The notes beneath the pieces were generated by a model. It saw only the letters and a program-made list of their open reading frames with translations, made no database searches and was not told where the DNA came from. A stretch of 62,975 nucleotides of DNA, the filler included, from Conidiobolus incongruus B7586 (Eukaryota): NCBI GenBank assembly GCA_000697335.1. It is 6 parts of 6 records of this genome, joined end to end, with 100 filler letters (N's around TTAATTAATTAA, not from the genome) between each part and the next. Parts side by side here need not be neighbours in the genome. Positions count along the whole stretch, not along the records: positions 38,329 to 49,990 come from JNEM01006215.1; 5 more parts are not named here. One strand, written 5' to 3'. Each line of letters starts with the position of its first letter. Position 1 is the first letter of the stretch. Below, in pieces: positions 38,329 to 50,090 of this stretch. The position numbers were made by a program, and so were the translations under genes.

Positions 38329-39918
38329 CCCATTATTTCAGCTAACATTGATGCTAGCAAAAACCCCAAATTAGGTCCTATTTTGAAGCCCTACACCATT
38401 ATTGAAAAATATAACCTTGGTATCATTGGTTATATCACTCCTACTTTAGCTTCCATCTCTAATTCTGGTCCCACTCTCAAGATTGTTGATCCTATTGCTC
38501 CTGTTCAAAAAGCCATTGATGAGCTCCGTGCTAAAGGAATCAAACGTATCATTGCTGTTTCCCACAATGGTTACCAAGATGACGTTAGATTAGCTAAGAA
38601 CACTAAAGGATTAAGTTTAATTGTTGGAGGTCATAGTCATACTTATCTTGCTCCTGCTTCCAATCAAAATGATACTTCTCGTCCCGTTTCTGGTGGTTTG
38701 TATCCTACTGAGGTCAAAAACTTGGAAAACGAAAATACCTATGTTGTTCAAGCTTACTGCTGGGGTCGTTTCCTTGGTCATGTTGATATCAACTTCAAAG
38801 AAAACGGATATTTACAAACCATTGAAGGTTCACCAATTGAAATGGGTGATGATGTTAAACCTGATGTAGCTACTAAGGAATTAGTCGCCAAATGGAGAAA
38901 ACCTTTTGATGAAATGGCCAAAGAAGTCATTGGAAAGGCCACCAAGGACTTTGATCAATCTACCTGCTCCAAGCAAGAATGTACTATGGGTAATCTTATC
39001 AGTGATGTTATGTTAGAAAGCCGTAAAGCTATTAATGCCGACTTTGCCATCATCAATTCTGGTGCTATTCGTGCTGGTATTGCTGCTGGTGATGTTCAAG
39101 TTCAACAAGCTTTGGTTGCTTTCCCATTCGGCAACGCTTTAGCTGATATTGAATTACCTGGCTCCAAAATTTGGGAAATTTTCGAAGGCATTGTATCTGT
39201 TGAAAACCAAGTTAATCATAAACCTTTGACTGCTTTCATCCAAGTTTCTGGATTAAAATTCAAGTATGACCCCAAGCAACCTAAGGGACAACGTTTAGTT
39301 TCTATTGAAATTAAGGATTCTACTACTGGAAACTACTCACCTATTGATCTTGAAAAGAACTACAAGATGGTTACTTTAGATTTCATTGTTAATGGTGGTG
39401 ATAACATTTTAGCTCCTCCCGAAAATGAAGTTATCCTTTTAGATCAATTAGATGCCTTATTGATTAATTATATTAAGAAAGCTAAGACTATTACTCCTGT
39501 TCTTGAAGGCCGTATCCAAATTGTTGATAAGGGATCTGTTCCATCTACGTCTGTTACTACTGTTAGCTCTAAGCCTACTGACTCTGCTACTAGCTCCTCT
39601 GGTCAAGGTTATCCCATTAAGACTACTACTGTTGATGGCTATCCCGCTAAGCCTTCTGATGCTCAATCCAGCTCTAAGATTAACGGTGGTGATGGATATC
39701 CTATTAAGCCTACTACTACTACTGTTGATAGTTATCCTTCTAAGCCTACTTCCTCTTTCAATGGCTACCCTACTAAGCCTTCCGATACTCAATCTGGCTC
39801 CAAGGTTAGTGGTGGTGATGGATACCCTACCAAGCCTACTCCCAATACCACCAATGGATCTGGCTACCCTGTAATTACATCTGCTACTCGTTCTAGATGT
39901 AAGCGCAAGAACCATTAA
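38329..39918 (+). CDS. 5'-nucleotidase/apyrase (metallophosphatase + 5'NT C-domain) with S/T/P-rich repeat tail; 5' end truncated by gap
   Basis: IIAVSHNG, LIVGGHSHT, VVQAYCWGRFLG, ECTMGNLISD, INSGAIR, FPFGN, QVSGLKFKYD, FIVNGGD. Confidence 0.93.
   Translation, partial: PIISANIDASKNPKLGPILKPYTIIEKYNLGIIGYITPTLASISNSGPTLKIVDPIAPVQKAIDELRAKGIKRIIAVSHNGYQDDVRLAKNTKGLSLIVGGHSHTYLAPASNQNDTSRPVSGGLYPTEVKNLENENTYVVQAYCWGRFLGHVDINFKENGYLQTIEGSPIEMGDDVKPDVATKELVAKWRKPFDEMAKEVIGKATKDFDQSTCSKQECTMGNLISDVMLESRKAINADFAIINSGAIRAGIAAGDVQVQQALVAFPFGNALADIELPGSKIWEIFEGIVSVENQVNHKPLTAFIQVSGLKFKYDPKQPKGQRLVSIEIKDSTTGNYSPIDLEKNYKMVTLDFIVNGGDNILAPPENEVILLDQLDALLINYIKKAKTITPVLEGRIQIVDKGSVPSTSVTTVSSKPTDSATSSSGQGYPIKTTTVDGYPAKPSDAQSSSKINGGDGYPIKPTTTTVDSYPSKPTSSFNGYPTKPSDTQSGSKVSGGDGYPTKPTPNTTNGSGYPVITSATRSRCKRKNH
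39607..39870 (+). repeat. Coding tandem repeat, seven (G/S)YP(xKP) units
   Basis: GYPIK, GYPAKP, GYPIKP, SYPSKP, GYPTKP, GYPTKP, GYPV; the nucleotide unit GGTGGTGATGGATA is duplicated. Confidence 0.85.
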
Positions 39919-40477
39919 TTAAAATAGAAATAACAACCAATTAATATTAAATAAATAATTAAAATCATTTTATTTACAAATTTTAACAATATGGTACATA
40001 CCTTTTATAATATATTATGATAATAATAATTATATTAATTGATATATAAAAATTTGGATTGAGAATTGAAATATATTTAACCTATCATTACTTTTATTAA
40101 ATTCATAATAACAATATCAATTTAATCGATAGAAAAAGTTCATAACATTAAATAATTAAAAAAATTTTATATTTATGATTTGTAAATGGATATTTGAATT
40201 TTAATTAGAAAAAACAGTACCAATTGCTAATGCTGATTATTTTAAAGTCAACTGAATAGCAGAAAAAAAATAAGTATTAAATTTAAGGAATATATGGATA
40301 TTAATGAAATGTAATAAGCAATGATATATAGTATAAATAAACAATACTGTTTAAATTTTGTAAATCTGTATAATATTTTTTCAAGAAAAAACTGATTCAT
40401 TTAAACTAAAAAAATCTAGAATAGATATGAAAATGATATTAGTGAATATTTTATGATATGAATGAATATAATACCAA

Positions 40478-40801
40478 TTATTCAAGTAACAAAGTTTGAA
40501 TAATTTTCATAGCTTCCTGAAGTGTAGGATCTTCAGGATTTTCAATATGACCGTATTCTTTAGTAACCAAATCAGTTAAATCTTGAACAGCTTGGTTGAG
40601 ACGATTCTTAACATCAGGTAACATATCTTTGGTTTCTTGGAGACTTTGTTTGATTTGGCGGATTTCATAAAAATCTCTTCCTTCTTTTTCCATCTTGTCA
40701 ATTTTTTCTTGAACTTCTACCATTTCTTTTAAATAATATTGTTCTTCTTTTTGGATTCTTTTTACTACATTGACTTTAATTTGCAATTGATTGGGAGCCA
40801 T
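40478..40801 (-). CDS. RBL2: Tubulin-specific chaperone A
   Basis: 107 aa: QLQIKVNVVKRIQKEEQYY...YEIRQ...LQETKDMLPDVKNRL matches the TBCA/Rbl2 pattern. Confidence 0.92.
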   Translation of the reverse strand: MAPNQLQIKVNVVKRIQKEEQYYLKEMVEVQEKIDKMEKEGRDFYEIRQIKQSLQETKDMLPDVKNRLNQAVQDLTDLVTKEYGHIENPEDPTLQEAMKIIQTLLLE

Positions 40802-42015
40802 ATTGATATACTGAAATTAATAAATGTGTGTTTAGTAAAATGAATTTTTAATATATTAATTTAAACTTTTAATTAATTAGTAATTATTTAAGTTGAAATT
40901 TTGGTGAATAAGTTTTGAGATTGATGAATAATTGACTAATATTTTAATTCTCATTTAAATTATATAAACTTTATGGGATTCAACCTTCTCTAAAAATATA
41001 ATATTTTAAGGTTAACTAATTTTTGAGTTATACTTTTCGATTTGAATCAGTTATTCACATATATTTTAATAATATATTTTTAACTAAATAAAACTATTAA
41101 CTAAATTAATTTTCATATAATACATTTACAATAATATAAATATAATAGTGAATAAAAAATAAATTTTGAAATATTTAAAGGTATCAACATAATCAAAAAT
41201 TAAAAATCAAAATTATATGTTCCAAATTTTATATCTTACAATATAAAAGAATATTGTTATTGAAAATGTAAATCTATATCCATTTATGTTATAGTTTAAA
41301 ACACATATAAGATTGTAGATATAATTATGTTATTATTATATTTTAATTCTCATATAAGTGTAATAAACAACAATTGCGAAGATTAAAATTTAATGACTTA
41401 ATCAAGCTAAAAATTTTTTATTAATCTTAATTATAAATGATTATAAATCAAAGAATAAATTAGAAATAGAAATCTAGTTATATTATGACTATTTAATCCA
41501 ATAAAAGTAATAAACAATTAATATAAATATTTGAGCTAATCTTATATTATAAAGATTGGTCAAGATGGTTGGGTATAGCTTGTGAAACATTATGCTAAGC
41601 AGTAAATTTATTAAGAAATAATGATTTAGAAAGTTCTAGATTAGGAAAGTGGTAAGCAAATAATGCAAAAAATTAATTTAGTTTATTGAATAAGAAAATT
41701 ACAACTCATTCAAAAATATAATTTCATTCCCCCTATTCATATAATCCCATAATGAAATTGCAAATCTGGTTGATTTGTCATAAATTCATAACACAGAATC
41801 AATTAAACATAATTAAGCCATTCTATTATCTTTTTCCCGCAGTCCATACATCTTTTAAATAATTCATTGTAACTCTCCAATATATCTTCAAATAAATTAT
41901 ATTGATCAGGTGTTCCATATTTAATTTCACACAAGTTGATACCTATTGCCAAGCTTTTGTCAAGAGTATTTTTATCATCAAAATTCATTTAAGCTATTAG
42001 AGAAAATTATTTACT

Positions 42016-45000
42016 ATGCTTCCATGGATTCTTGATCAAATTTTTATTATTGTTATCCTTTTTACTTATATCAGATGCAGTCTCGTTATTCCTGTCAATT
42101 CTAATTCAGGCAATGGGATAATTCCGGCTCCCAATAGGTTAATAAAGCGTGCTTCTATACCTCAAAATGGCGCACCAATTCCGCAACAATTACCCAGGCT
42201 TATTAATGAAAAATCGTGTCCAATTCTTTCTTCTAAAAGTCTTCCAATTGTTTTAATTTCAACTATTGATGGCTCACTCCATTGCATGAACAAAAACACA
42301 GGCAAATTATTGTGGTCTCAAAAAGGTTATTTAGAACCTTTAGTCACATCTCACCATTCCAAATCTCCTCCAGTTGATTGGGATAATATTGAAGATTCTC
42401 TTTTAGAATCTGATGATGGAGTTTTCACTGAAAGTGATTTTATACCTGAAACTATTTTTATGACCGAACCAGCTAATAATGGTATCATTTATACCTTAAG
42501 TCAAGGTAGAGAAAGGCCAGTTTTTGAAGTAAATATCAGATTTGTTTTTATTTTTTTTCTAGTATTAATTTTCAATTTTTAGAAATCTCCTTTATCTTTC
42601 AAATCATTTGTGGAGAAAGTTCCTTTCGAATGGAATAATAGAATATATCTCGGTTCTAAGAAGACACATTACTATGCTTTGGATCACCGCACCGGAGAAA
42701 TTATTGAAGAATTTGACGAGAACAATTATATGTCATATCAAACTTCATCTGGTAAAGGAACCAAAGATCCCTTACTAATGATCGGAAGAATAGGTATTTT
42801 TAAATTCCTATTTATATTTATTAATAATGTATTAACTAAATTTAATAGATTATTCTCTCAGAATCCATGATCAAAAAACTAAACATTTAATGTAAGATTA
42901 TTACATAATATATCACATATATTTAGTTTAACTTATTTTATTTTTAGTGCCAATCTTATTTATAGGGACTTCGTGCCTGATATCTTCTCTCAATTAATTG
43001 AAAAGGATGAGTTTCCTGAACCTGATAAATGTAAATTTTTCTTTGAATATCTGTTGGCAGTATACTCACTTTTCATTTAGTTACCATTTCTCCAGATATT
43101 TTTGAATATCCAATTGTATCAGTATTTGATGTTCTAGTTAATACTGTAGGAGACAATCTCCAATGCGTCACTCGCAAACTCTCTCTTTCACAAACCGTTG
43201 AAGGAAGCTCCCAAAAAAAACAAAGTGGTAAACCTCGCGACAACTTTTATTTTGGACTTCTTAAAGATTATCCCTACGTCATGTCTCCTGACCATTTCCC
43301 TTATATAACTTCTTCTAAATTTATGAAAATTTATAAAGCTGGTGGTAAATTGGGTCCTAATACAAATTCCATGATTCCACATAGTCAGGCAGACATCGAT
43401 TGGAAAATTGATAACACTCACACTATCAATGCGCCAGAATCATATCCTTCGTTGGATCCACCTTCACTCGAAGCTAAAAAATCGAATACGTTATTTACAC
43501 TTCCTTTAGCATCTTTGGAAAAGATTGCCTTGTTCATTTTTTCTGTTGGAATATTCATTGGTTGGTCTTTTTCCAAAACTAGATCTGCCTATATGAAAAT
43601 TGTGAATCCTCCATCAGCTACCGAAATTAAAAAGAAAACTAAGAAAATTAAAGGCAAATCATTGCAACAATCGGTACAAACTCTTCCTGACGGATCGACT
43701 GTTATAAACTCATTGACTGTTTCTAACGTTGCGATTGGATATGGCAGTCACGGAACCATTGTTTATAAGGGTAAATTCCAGAATCGACAAGTAGCTGTTA
43801 AAAGAATGTTAATTGATCTTTATCACATCGGTGAACGTGAAGTTAAATCTCTTCAAGAAAGTGATGACCATCCCAATGTAATTAGGTATTATTGTATGGA
43901 ACAAAATGACAAGTTCTTATATCTTGGTTTGGAATTGTGCCCCATGTCGCTTCATGGATTAATTGAAGGTCCCCGTCACCCAGATTTCCCGATAGAAATA
44001 TCCCAGACCGAGATGTTATACCAAATGATGAGTGGTCTTAATCACTTACATTCATTGAAGATTGTTCATCGGGATATCAAACCTCAAAATATTCTAGTCT
44101 CTTTGAAAAAGGATAGAGTAGGAAAGCCACCATCGGTAAAGTTGCTTATTTCTGACTTTGGTCTTTCCAAGCGATTGGATGACGATCAGAGTTCATTCCA
44201 TAACACCATCCATTCAGGTGGTACTGGAACAGCTGGATGGAGAGCTCCTGAATGCCTACTTAACTTGCCAGGAGGAATTGATGGCACTGTATCTGGAGAC
44301 GATAATTCTTATTCTTTTGTATCTACTTCTGCTGAACAGTCAGAGCCCTCTACCGAACAGAATACCAATAGACCTAAATTATCTAGAGCTATTGACATTT
44401 TCTCAATTGGGTGTGTTTTTTATTATGTATTGTCTAATGGACAGCATCCATTTGGCAACAGATTTGTCAGAGAAAGCCGAATTATAGAAGGAGATTTTGA
44501 CTTATCGGCCTTATTAAGTGATGATACTGTTGAAAACAGAAACGAGGCATATGATCTCATAGAGCAAATGATCTCCGCAGATCCCAAACAACGTCCAACA
44601 AGCTCAGAAATTTTATTACATCCATACTTTTGGTCATCATCCAAAAAGTTGAACTTTTTGCAAGATGTGTCAGATAGACTTGAAGGGGAATCACGTGATC
44701 CTCCTTCTCCTCTTTTGCAATCTCTAGAAGGTTTAAGTGTTGAGGTATTAGGGGATAGCTGGTATCACTCACTAGACAAATGTGTATTGAATGACTTGAA
44801 GCGATTCAGAGGTTATGACGGAACCAGGATACAGGATTTATTGCGCGTAGTCCGAAATAAGAAGAATCACTATAACGATTTACCCCCTTATGTTAAAAAG
44901 ACGTTTGGATCATTACCAGACGAGTATCTCAACTATTTTACATCTCGATTTCCTCAACTTCTTCTCCATACCTACTACGTTATCAGTTTAAATCAAGAAG

Positions 45001-45053
45001 TTAAGAATGAAAAACGCTTCCAACCATATTTCCAATCATATCGCGAAAATTAA
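42016..45053 (+). CDS. IRE1: Ser/Thr kinase/endoribonuclease IRE1 (5 exons)
   Basis: Signal peptide, luminal LISTIDGSLH...TGKLLW and IYLGSKKT, TM, kinase GYGSHGT/VAVKRML/HRDIKPQNIL/ISDFGL/GTAGWRAPE, and KEN domain DLLRVVRNKKNHY. Four introns between 42529 and 43080 keep the frame. Confidence 0.97.
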
Positions 45054-45838
45054 TACTAACAACTATATTTTTATCTTTTTAACTCATTTTGTATAACCAT
45101 TTTATTGTATCAACTCGAGAAATAAAAAAAATATTCTTCTCTTTTCCTTAAATAAAAACATTTATAATAATAGTATTTTTATATTACAATATATATATAT
45201 AATATTAAATACTTTTTAATCCCAAATGATATACTTCATTTAAATTTTATCGAATTTATAATTTAATATCACAGAATTTCTAACCAAATTTTAAAATAGC
45301 GTTAAATTACAACAACTATTAAAGATATTTGAGTAAATATCAAAATTAAGGAAACAAGTTATAAAATATTATCACTTTGAGATATTATAGCATTACTATT
45401 TCAAAAGTTTGACAGACTAATATTTGAAAACTATAGCAATTATGTTGAAAATTATAATTTTAACAAAATAATTAGTAGCAAGAGAATTTATTGATTCTCA
45501 ATTCATTATGAATTCCTCCATTAATAGTCAATTGATAATTGGAATATAGCTTTAATTACGTTGCAGAGTTCTCAAATGATTAACCACAATACGAAAAATT
45601 ATTTAGATAGGATAAATTTTTTGTTCAAAATGTTCAAAATAACAAATATTCTGATAATTTAAATTGATATATTCAGGATTATATAATTATATTAGTAGTA
45701 TAAAAAATGTAAAAATTCTATAAAGGTGATTAACATTTAAGTAGCTTAATAAAATTCAAATAATATGCAATCTGAATTTAAAATCAGAGTTATACGTTAT
45801 TTATGAGTAGGAAGGACACAATAGTTAACAATGAAAAA

Positions 45839-45910
45839 TTAAGAATCCGAGCATCAATCTTGGTGCCTCTGCGTGCAAAGCGAGCGCTCTACCATATGAG
45901 TTAATTTCCC
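45839..45910 (-). pseudogene. tRNA-Ala(TGC) pseudogene
   Basis: GGGAAATTAACTCATATGGTAGAGCGCTCGCTTTGCACGCAGAGGCACCAAGATTGATGCTCGGATTCTTAA: Ala-type D and anticodon arms, but stems and B box are broken. Confidence 0.75.
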
Positions 45911-46543
45911 ATATTAAAACTCCGTAATATCTCATCCTATACTTAATATTATACGATCTAATATTTTTATATCAACAATCTCAAAGTAAATCAAAATTCA
46001 CTCCATTCGCTTTTAATACAATCGAAATATATAATGTGTATCAAAGAATTTTTACAATTAATTATTAATATAACTGGTTTTGAACTATAGATTTTGAACA
46101 TTTCATGATTTTATTTGGTATTAATCAGTATAAAATTCACAATTTCATATAGTTGAATACTATTTCTAAATAGTAATTATAATAAACTAAAAATTGTCAA
46201 AATACTTAATATTTCCACATATTTTAAATTTGAGTTAGATTATTTATGAAAATGCATATTTTGTAAAAATTCAATTGATTTGGATAATATTGAATAGTTA
46301 AATACACGATATAAATCAATCATCCCTCAAAGTTGATTAACTGTTAATCTTCACAATTATATCCATATTAATTTGAAAAACTATATTCATTCCAAAAAAT
46401 AAATAAATATTGAATATTATTTGATCAATAGATTATACAGCCATATTATATTTCAGAATAATTTAAAATAAATAGAGTCTATTTATTTAGCAGAAAAAAA
46501 TATATTCATTTAACAAGATTATTATTATTTAAAAATTAAGGAA

Positions 46544-49029
46544 TTAAGCCCACTAAAAATTTTAAATTAGCTAAAAATATATTGAAATAAATATAGAAAA
46601 AAATTACCAAATCTCTCAAATATCTTCCTTCCTGCATCAATTGGGTCAAAATTTGAGTTGCTTCAATCTTACTTCGATTCAATTCGGGAGGTCCTTGTAA
46701 GATATCCGTGAAAGCTTGGTGAACGTCCTTGGCCATATTCTTGGCATCGCTATTAAAATGTGGAATGAGTTGTGTGTAAATTAATTTTATATATTTAAAT
46801 TACCCGCAAATGTAAATATAGCCATTTTGATTCATAATGAAATCGTAGACTTCTTCCTTGTTTTGTAGAAGAACGTGTTGGACATATTTGATCTCTTGAT
46901 TGGGATTCAATCTACTGAAACAGCAGTCCAATCGGGTTAAAGTGCCATCTTCGACGTAAGTTTGAAGTTCTTTTTCAAAGAGGTAGTCCTTCTTGGGGTC
47001 TCTGGTACCGAAGATGAGCCACATTTTACCAAACGACTTCTTGAGCTCTTCGGAGATGGATGAGCTGAAGCCACCCATCTTCTTCTTAAGCCTGCGTTGG
47101 CATTGGCGATGCTGGAGGAAACCGATGAATGGAGCAACACCAGTACCAGGGCCAATCATGAGTACGGGCTTGTTAGTTTGAGTAGGTAGGTGGAAGTTTT
47201 GGGCGGTTTGTTTACGGAATAAGCAGAGGGGATGAGGGCTGGCCAAGGTGTTGGAAGTATTGGAAGCAACATATCCAGAAATTTGATCGAGCCAAGGTGT
47301 ACATAATCCGTGGCGAAGATATTGTGGATCAGTTTCGAGGTTGTATTGAATCACGTTGAAAGCTAATCTGAGTTGGCTAGGTGCGGCCAAAGGAGAGTTA
47401 GCAGCGGAGTAGTATCTTGGCTGTAATTGAGGTAAAGTATCTAACAAACGCTCAATAGGAGGTTGAGCAGTGTTGAAATATACCAAGATATCAAGAATGC
47501 TAGGATTCAGTGATTTAAGCTGGTTATAAAGATTTCCACCTATTAAAGTTATTAGTAAGATCTTTATATACGTACAGTGTATAATAGTTATAATTACCTT
47601 GCTTACTAACCATAGCTAATAAAATTTGTTTTTGGTTATTGTCACTAGTGAAATCAGCCAGCATTCTGAACCAAGCCTTCTTAGGGAATGAATTCAAATC
47701 CAAAAAGTTAGCAAATAATTGTTTCAAAGTGATGTTTTGAGGAAGGTTAGTTAGGTGATTGGGGAGGATTGTGTTGGGTTTGGCTTGAATCCTAATAATT
47801 TGGTCCCATTGATCGGGTGTAAGTTGAAGTCTGGTGAGGAGCCTTTCAACTAGTTCGTTGTCATTAGGGCAGCAGATACCATAAGCATCTCCTGGCATAA
47901 AGGGTTCGGTATCTTCTGGAAGCTCGATATTGACCAAAAGAGTACGCTTAACAGCATTTGAGCTAGTTAAGCTAGAAACTGAAGTAAGATATCCAATGAA
48001 AGAGTTGGCATGGGACTTGAGTTGGATATCTAGATCAGATAAAGGCTTATGAGATTCCGATTTTTGTTCCAATGCATAAGTCATTAATTCAGGGGGATTT
48101 TTAGGGAACCCTGAGATAGCAGTGAGCTTCTGAAGTTCAGTTAAATCCAATTTGATGGGTTGATCATAGTTTCTAGGTAAAGGGTGGTTGAGTGGTTCGT
48201 TAGGATCACTAATCACAGTATCTTGCAAATTTTCAGCAATAATATTTTCAACTACAGTGTTAACTGAAGTTTCTGTATTAGCATTATTATTGGCTTGTGT
48301 ATAGATGGTAGCTATTTAAATTAATTAAATATTTACTAAAATTATAATTAATATAATAATCTTACCAGGAATGGATCCAGAATTCCAAGATTTAACTACA
48401 GTGATAATATCTTCTAACCAAGCTTCAATAACGGTATCAGCACTAAATTTATCAAATCAGTACAGATCACTAATTTGGCTATTATATAAAACTTCATTAC
48501 CCTTCTTCATCGTCAGCAATTTGAAAACGGAATTTAGGTTGAGCACCTAACTTGATCAAATATTCATAAACATACTTAGGGAATCCTCCAAAATTGTCAT
48601 AGGAACTATCTCCCAAGCCTAAGGAAAATATGTAAGTTAAAATAACTCAATTTAAACAAAAAAAATAATATGTACCTAATAATGCGAAATGAATATGACT
48701 CAAAGGTTTATCATTAAGTTGGGCCAAGTCCCTCAACTTAGTCTTAAATTTCAAACTATCTTCGGGAGGGTCACCATCTCCAGTAGAAGAACAAATAATA
48801 ATTAAATTAGTTTCTTGTTTATTGGTTAAGTTCTAAAATTTAATAAGTCAAAATTTATATCATAATTATAATTTTTTGAATTTACCGGAATATATTCATC
48901 ACAACTGAATCTTTCAACTTGAATTTGCTCAGTTTCATCAGTATTAAGTTGTAGCAATTGGTTACTAAGTTGACCAATTAAACCTCTAGCAGTTCCTGTT
49001 TCAGATCCGTATACTAAATTGAATTTCAT
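46544..49029 (-). CDS. MTRR: Diflavin (FMN/FAD/NADPH) reductase, methionine synthase reductase-like (multi-exon)
   Basis: No N-terminal TM anchor. Motifs: YGSETGTA, CSSTGDGDPP, LGLGDSSY, LQPRYYSAANS, GLCTPWL, FHLP, MIGPGTGVAPFIGFLQHR, YIYICG/DAKNMAKDV, GRYLRDL/WA*. G-x-CT-x-WL, FHLP and KNMAKDV favour MTRR over CPR/NDOR1. Confidence 0.75.
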
Positions 49030-49394
49030 TATTAATTATAATTTATATTTATCTGTTATCAGATTATTTTTGAGAACTATATCTATTTATACTAATAATA
49101 TCAATATAATAATTATGGGATCTTAATATCTTTTTATCCAAATTTGGTTATTTGAAGGATCCACACTTCATAAAGATCACTATATTAATTCCCATAAAGA
49201 TTTAATTAGATCATATAAAGGATCTGATTATTAATAAAGAGTGACACTATTAAATCCTAAATAATCCTATATGATCTTATATAATCTGACAAAATCTTGT
49301 GTTTTATTTATTTTTTATTGGGTTTAACCTTTAAACTCGAATTAAGAAAATTTTGAATAATTAATCTGGAATTTAACTCCATTTAAAATATTAC

Positions 49395-49620
49395 TAAAGA
49401 AATTAAATAATAGCACAATTATATTATCAAAATTAAATATAATTCGAATAAATGATTAATAAAAATAAATAAAAAATATAAATTTAATACTTTTATTATT
49501 AAAAACTTTCTGTTATACTTTTAGTAAGATATTAACACTTAATAAATAGTTCTTTTTATTTACAACTAAGATTTAATATTTCATAAATCAATTTATATTG
49601 AAATCAAATAAATATGAATT
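49395..49620 (-). repeat. Family 2 repeat, diverged copy
   Basis: gaaattaaataatagcacaatt (49399) matches the terminus gaaattaagtaatggcacaatt (37988). Downstream ttagtaag...ttctttttatt is colinear. May extend to the gap at 49990. Confidence 0.6.
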
Positions 49621-50090
49621 TATCTTTGATTCAAGGAGCTATGAATAATATTCCCTTATAATATTAAATATATAAAAAATCATTAAAATTTTTAGAATCT
49701 TATATATAAGTTTAATTTTAATATTAAATAAAAATCCCAAAATTTTATAAAAAAGATTAATATAAATAAAAAATATTATATATAATTTTAAATGGAATAA
49801 TAAAAGATTAAATTTAATATTATTAAGTTTACTAAATATAAAAATGTTGAAAAGCTAATTCCATATTATTTGAAAATATTATTTTGAAAATAATATAATA
49901 TTTTGTTTAATATTAAGTTATTTTATTAATAATTAATATAAATATTTTACTTAAGATATAAATTTTAAATAGATAGGTTATTTATATTAANNNNNNNNNN
50001 NNNNNNNNNNNNNNNNNNNNNNNNNNNNNNNNNNTTAATTAATTAANNNNNNNNNNNNNNNNNNNNNNNNNNNNNNNNNNNNNNNNNNNN

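Noticed and set aside
41803..41988. 61-aa minus-strand ORF head-to-head with IRE1, and a 36-codon plus-strand uORF from 41752
   Set aside because: The minus ORF starts only 27 bp from the IRE1 ATG inside its likely 5' UTR and has no recognisable motif. The uORF ATG overlaps the TCCCATAA element and may lie upstream of the TSS.
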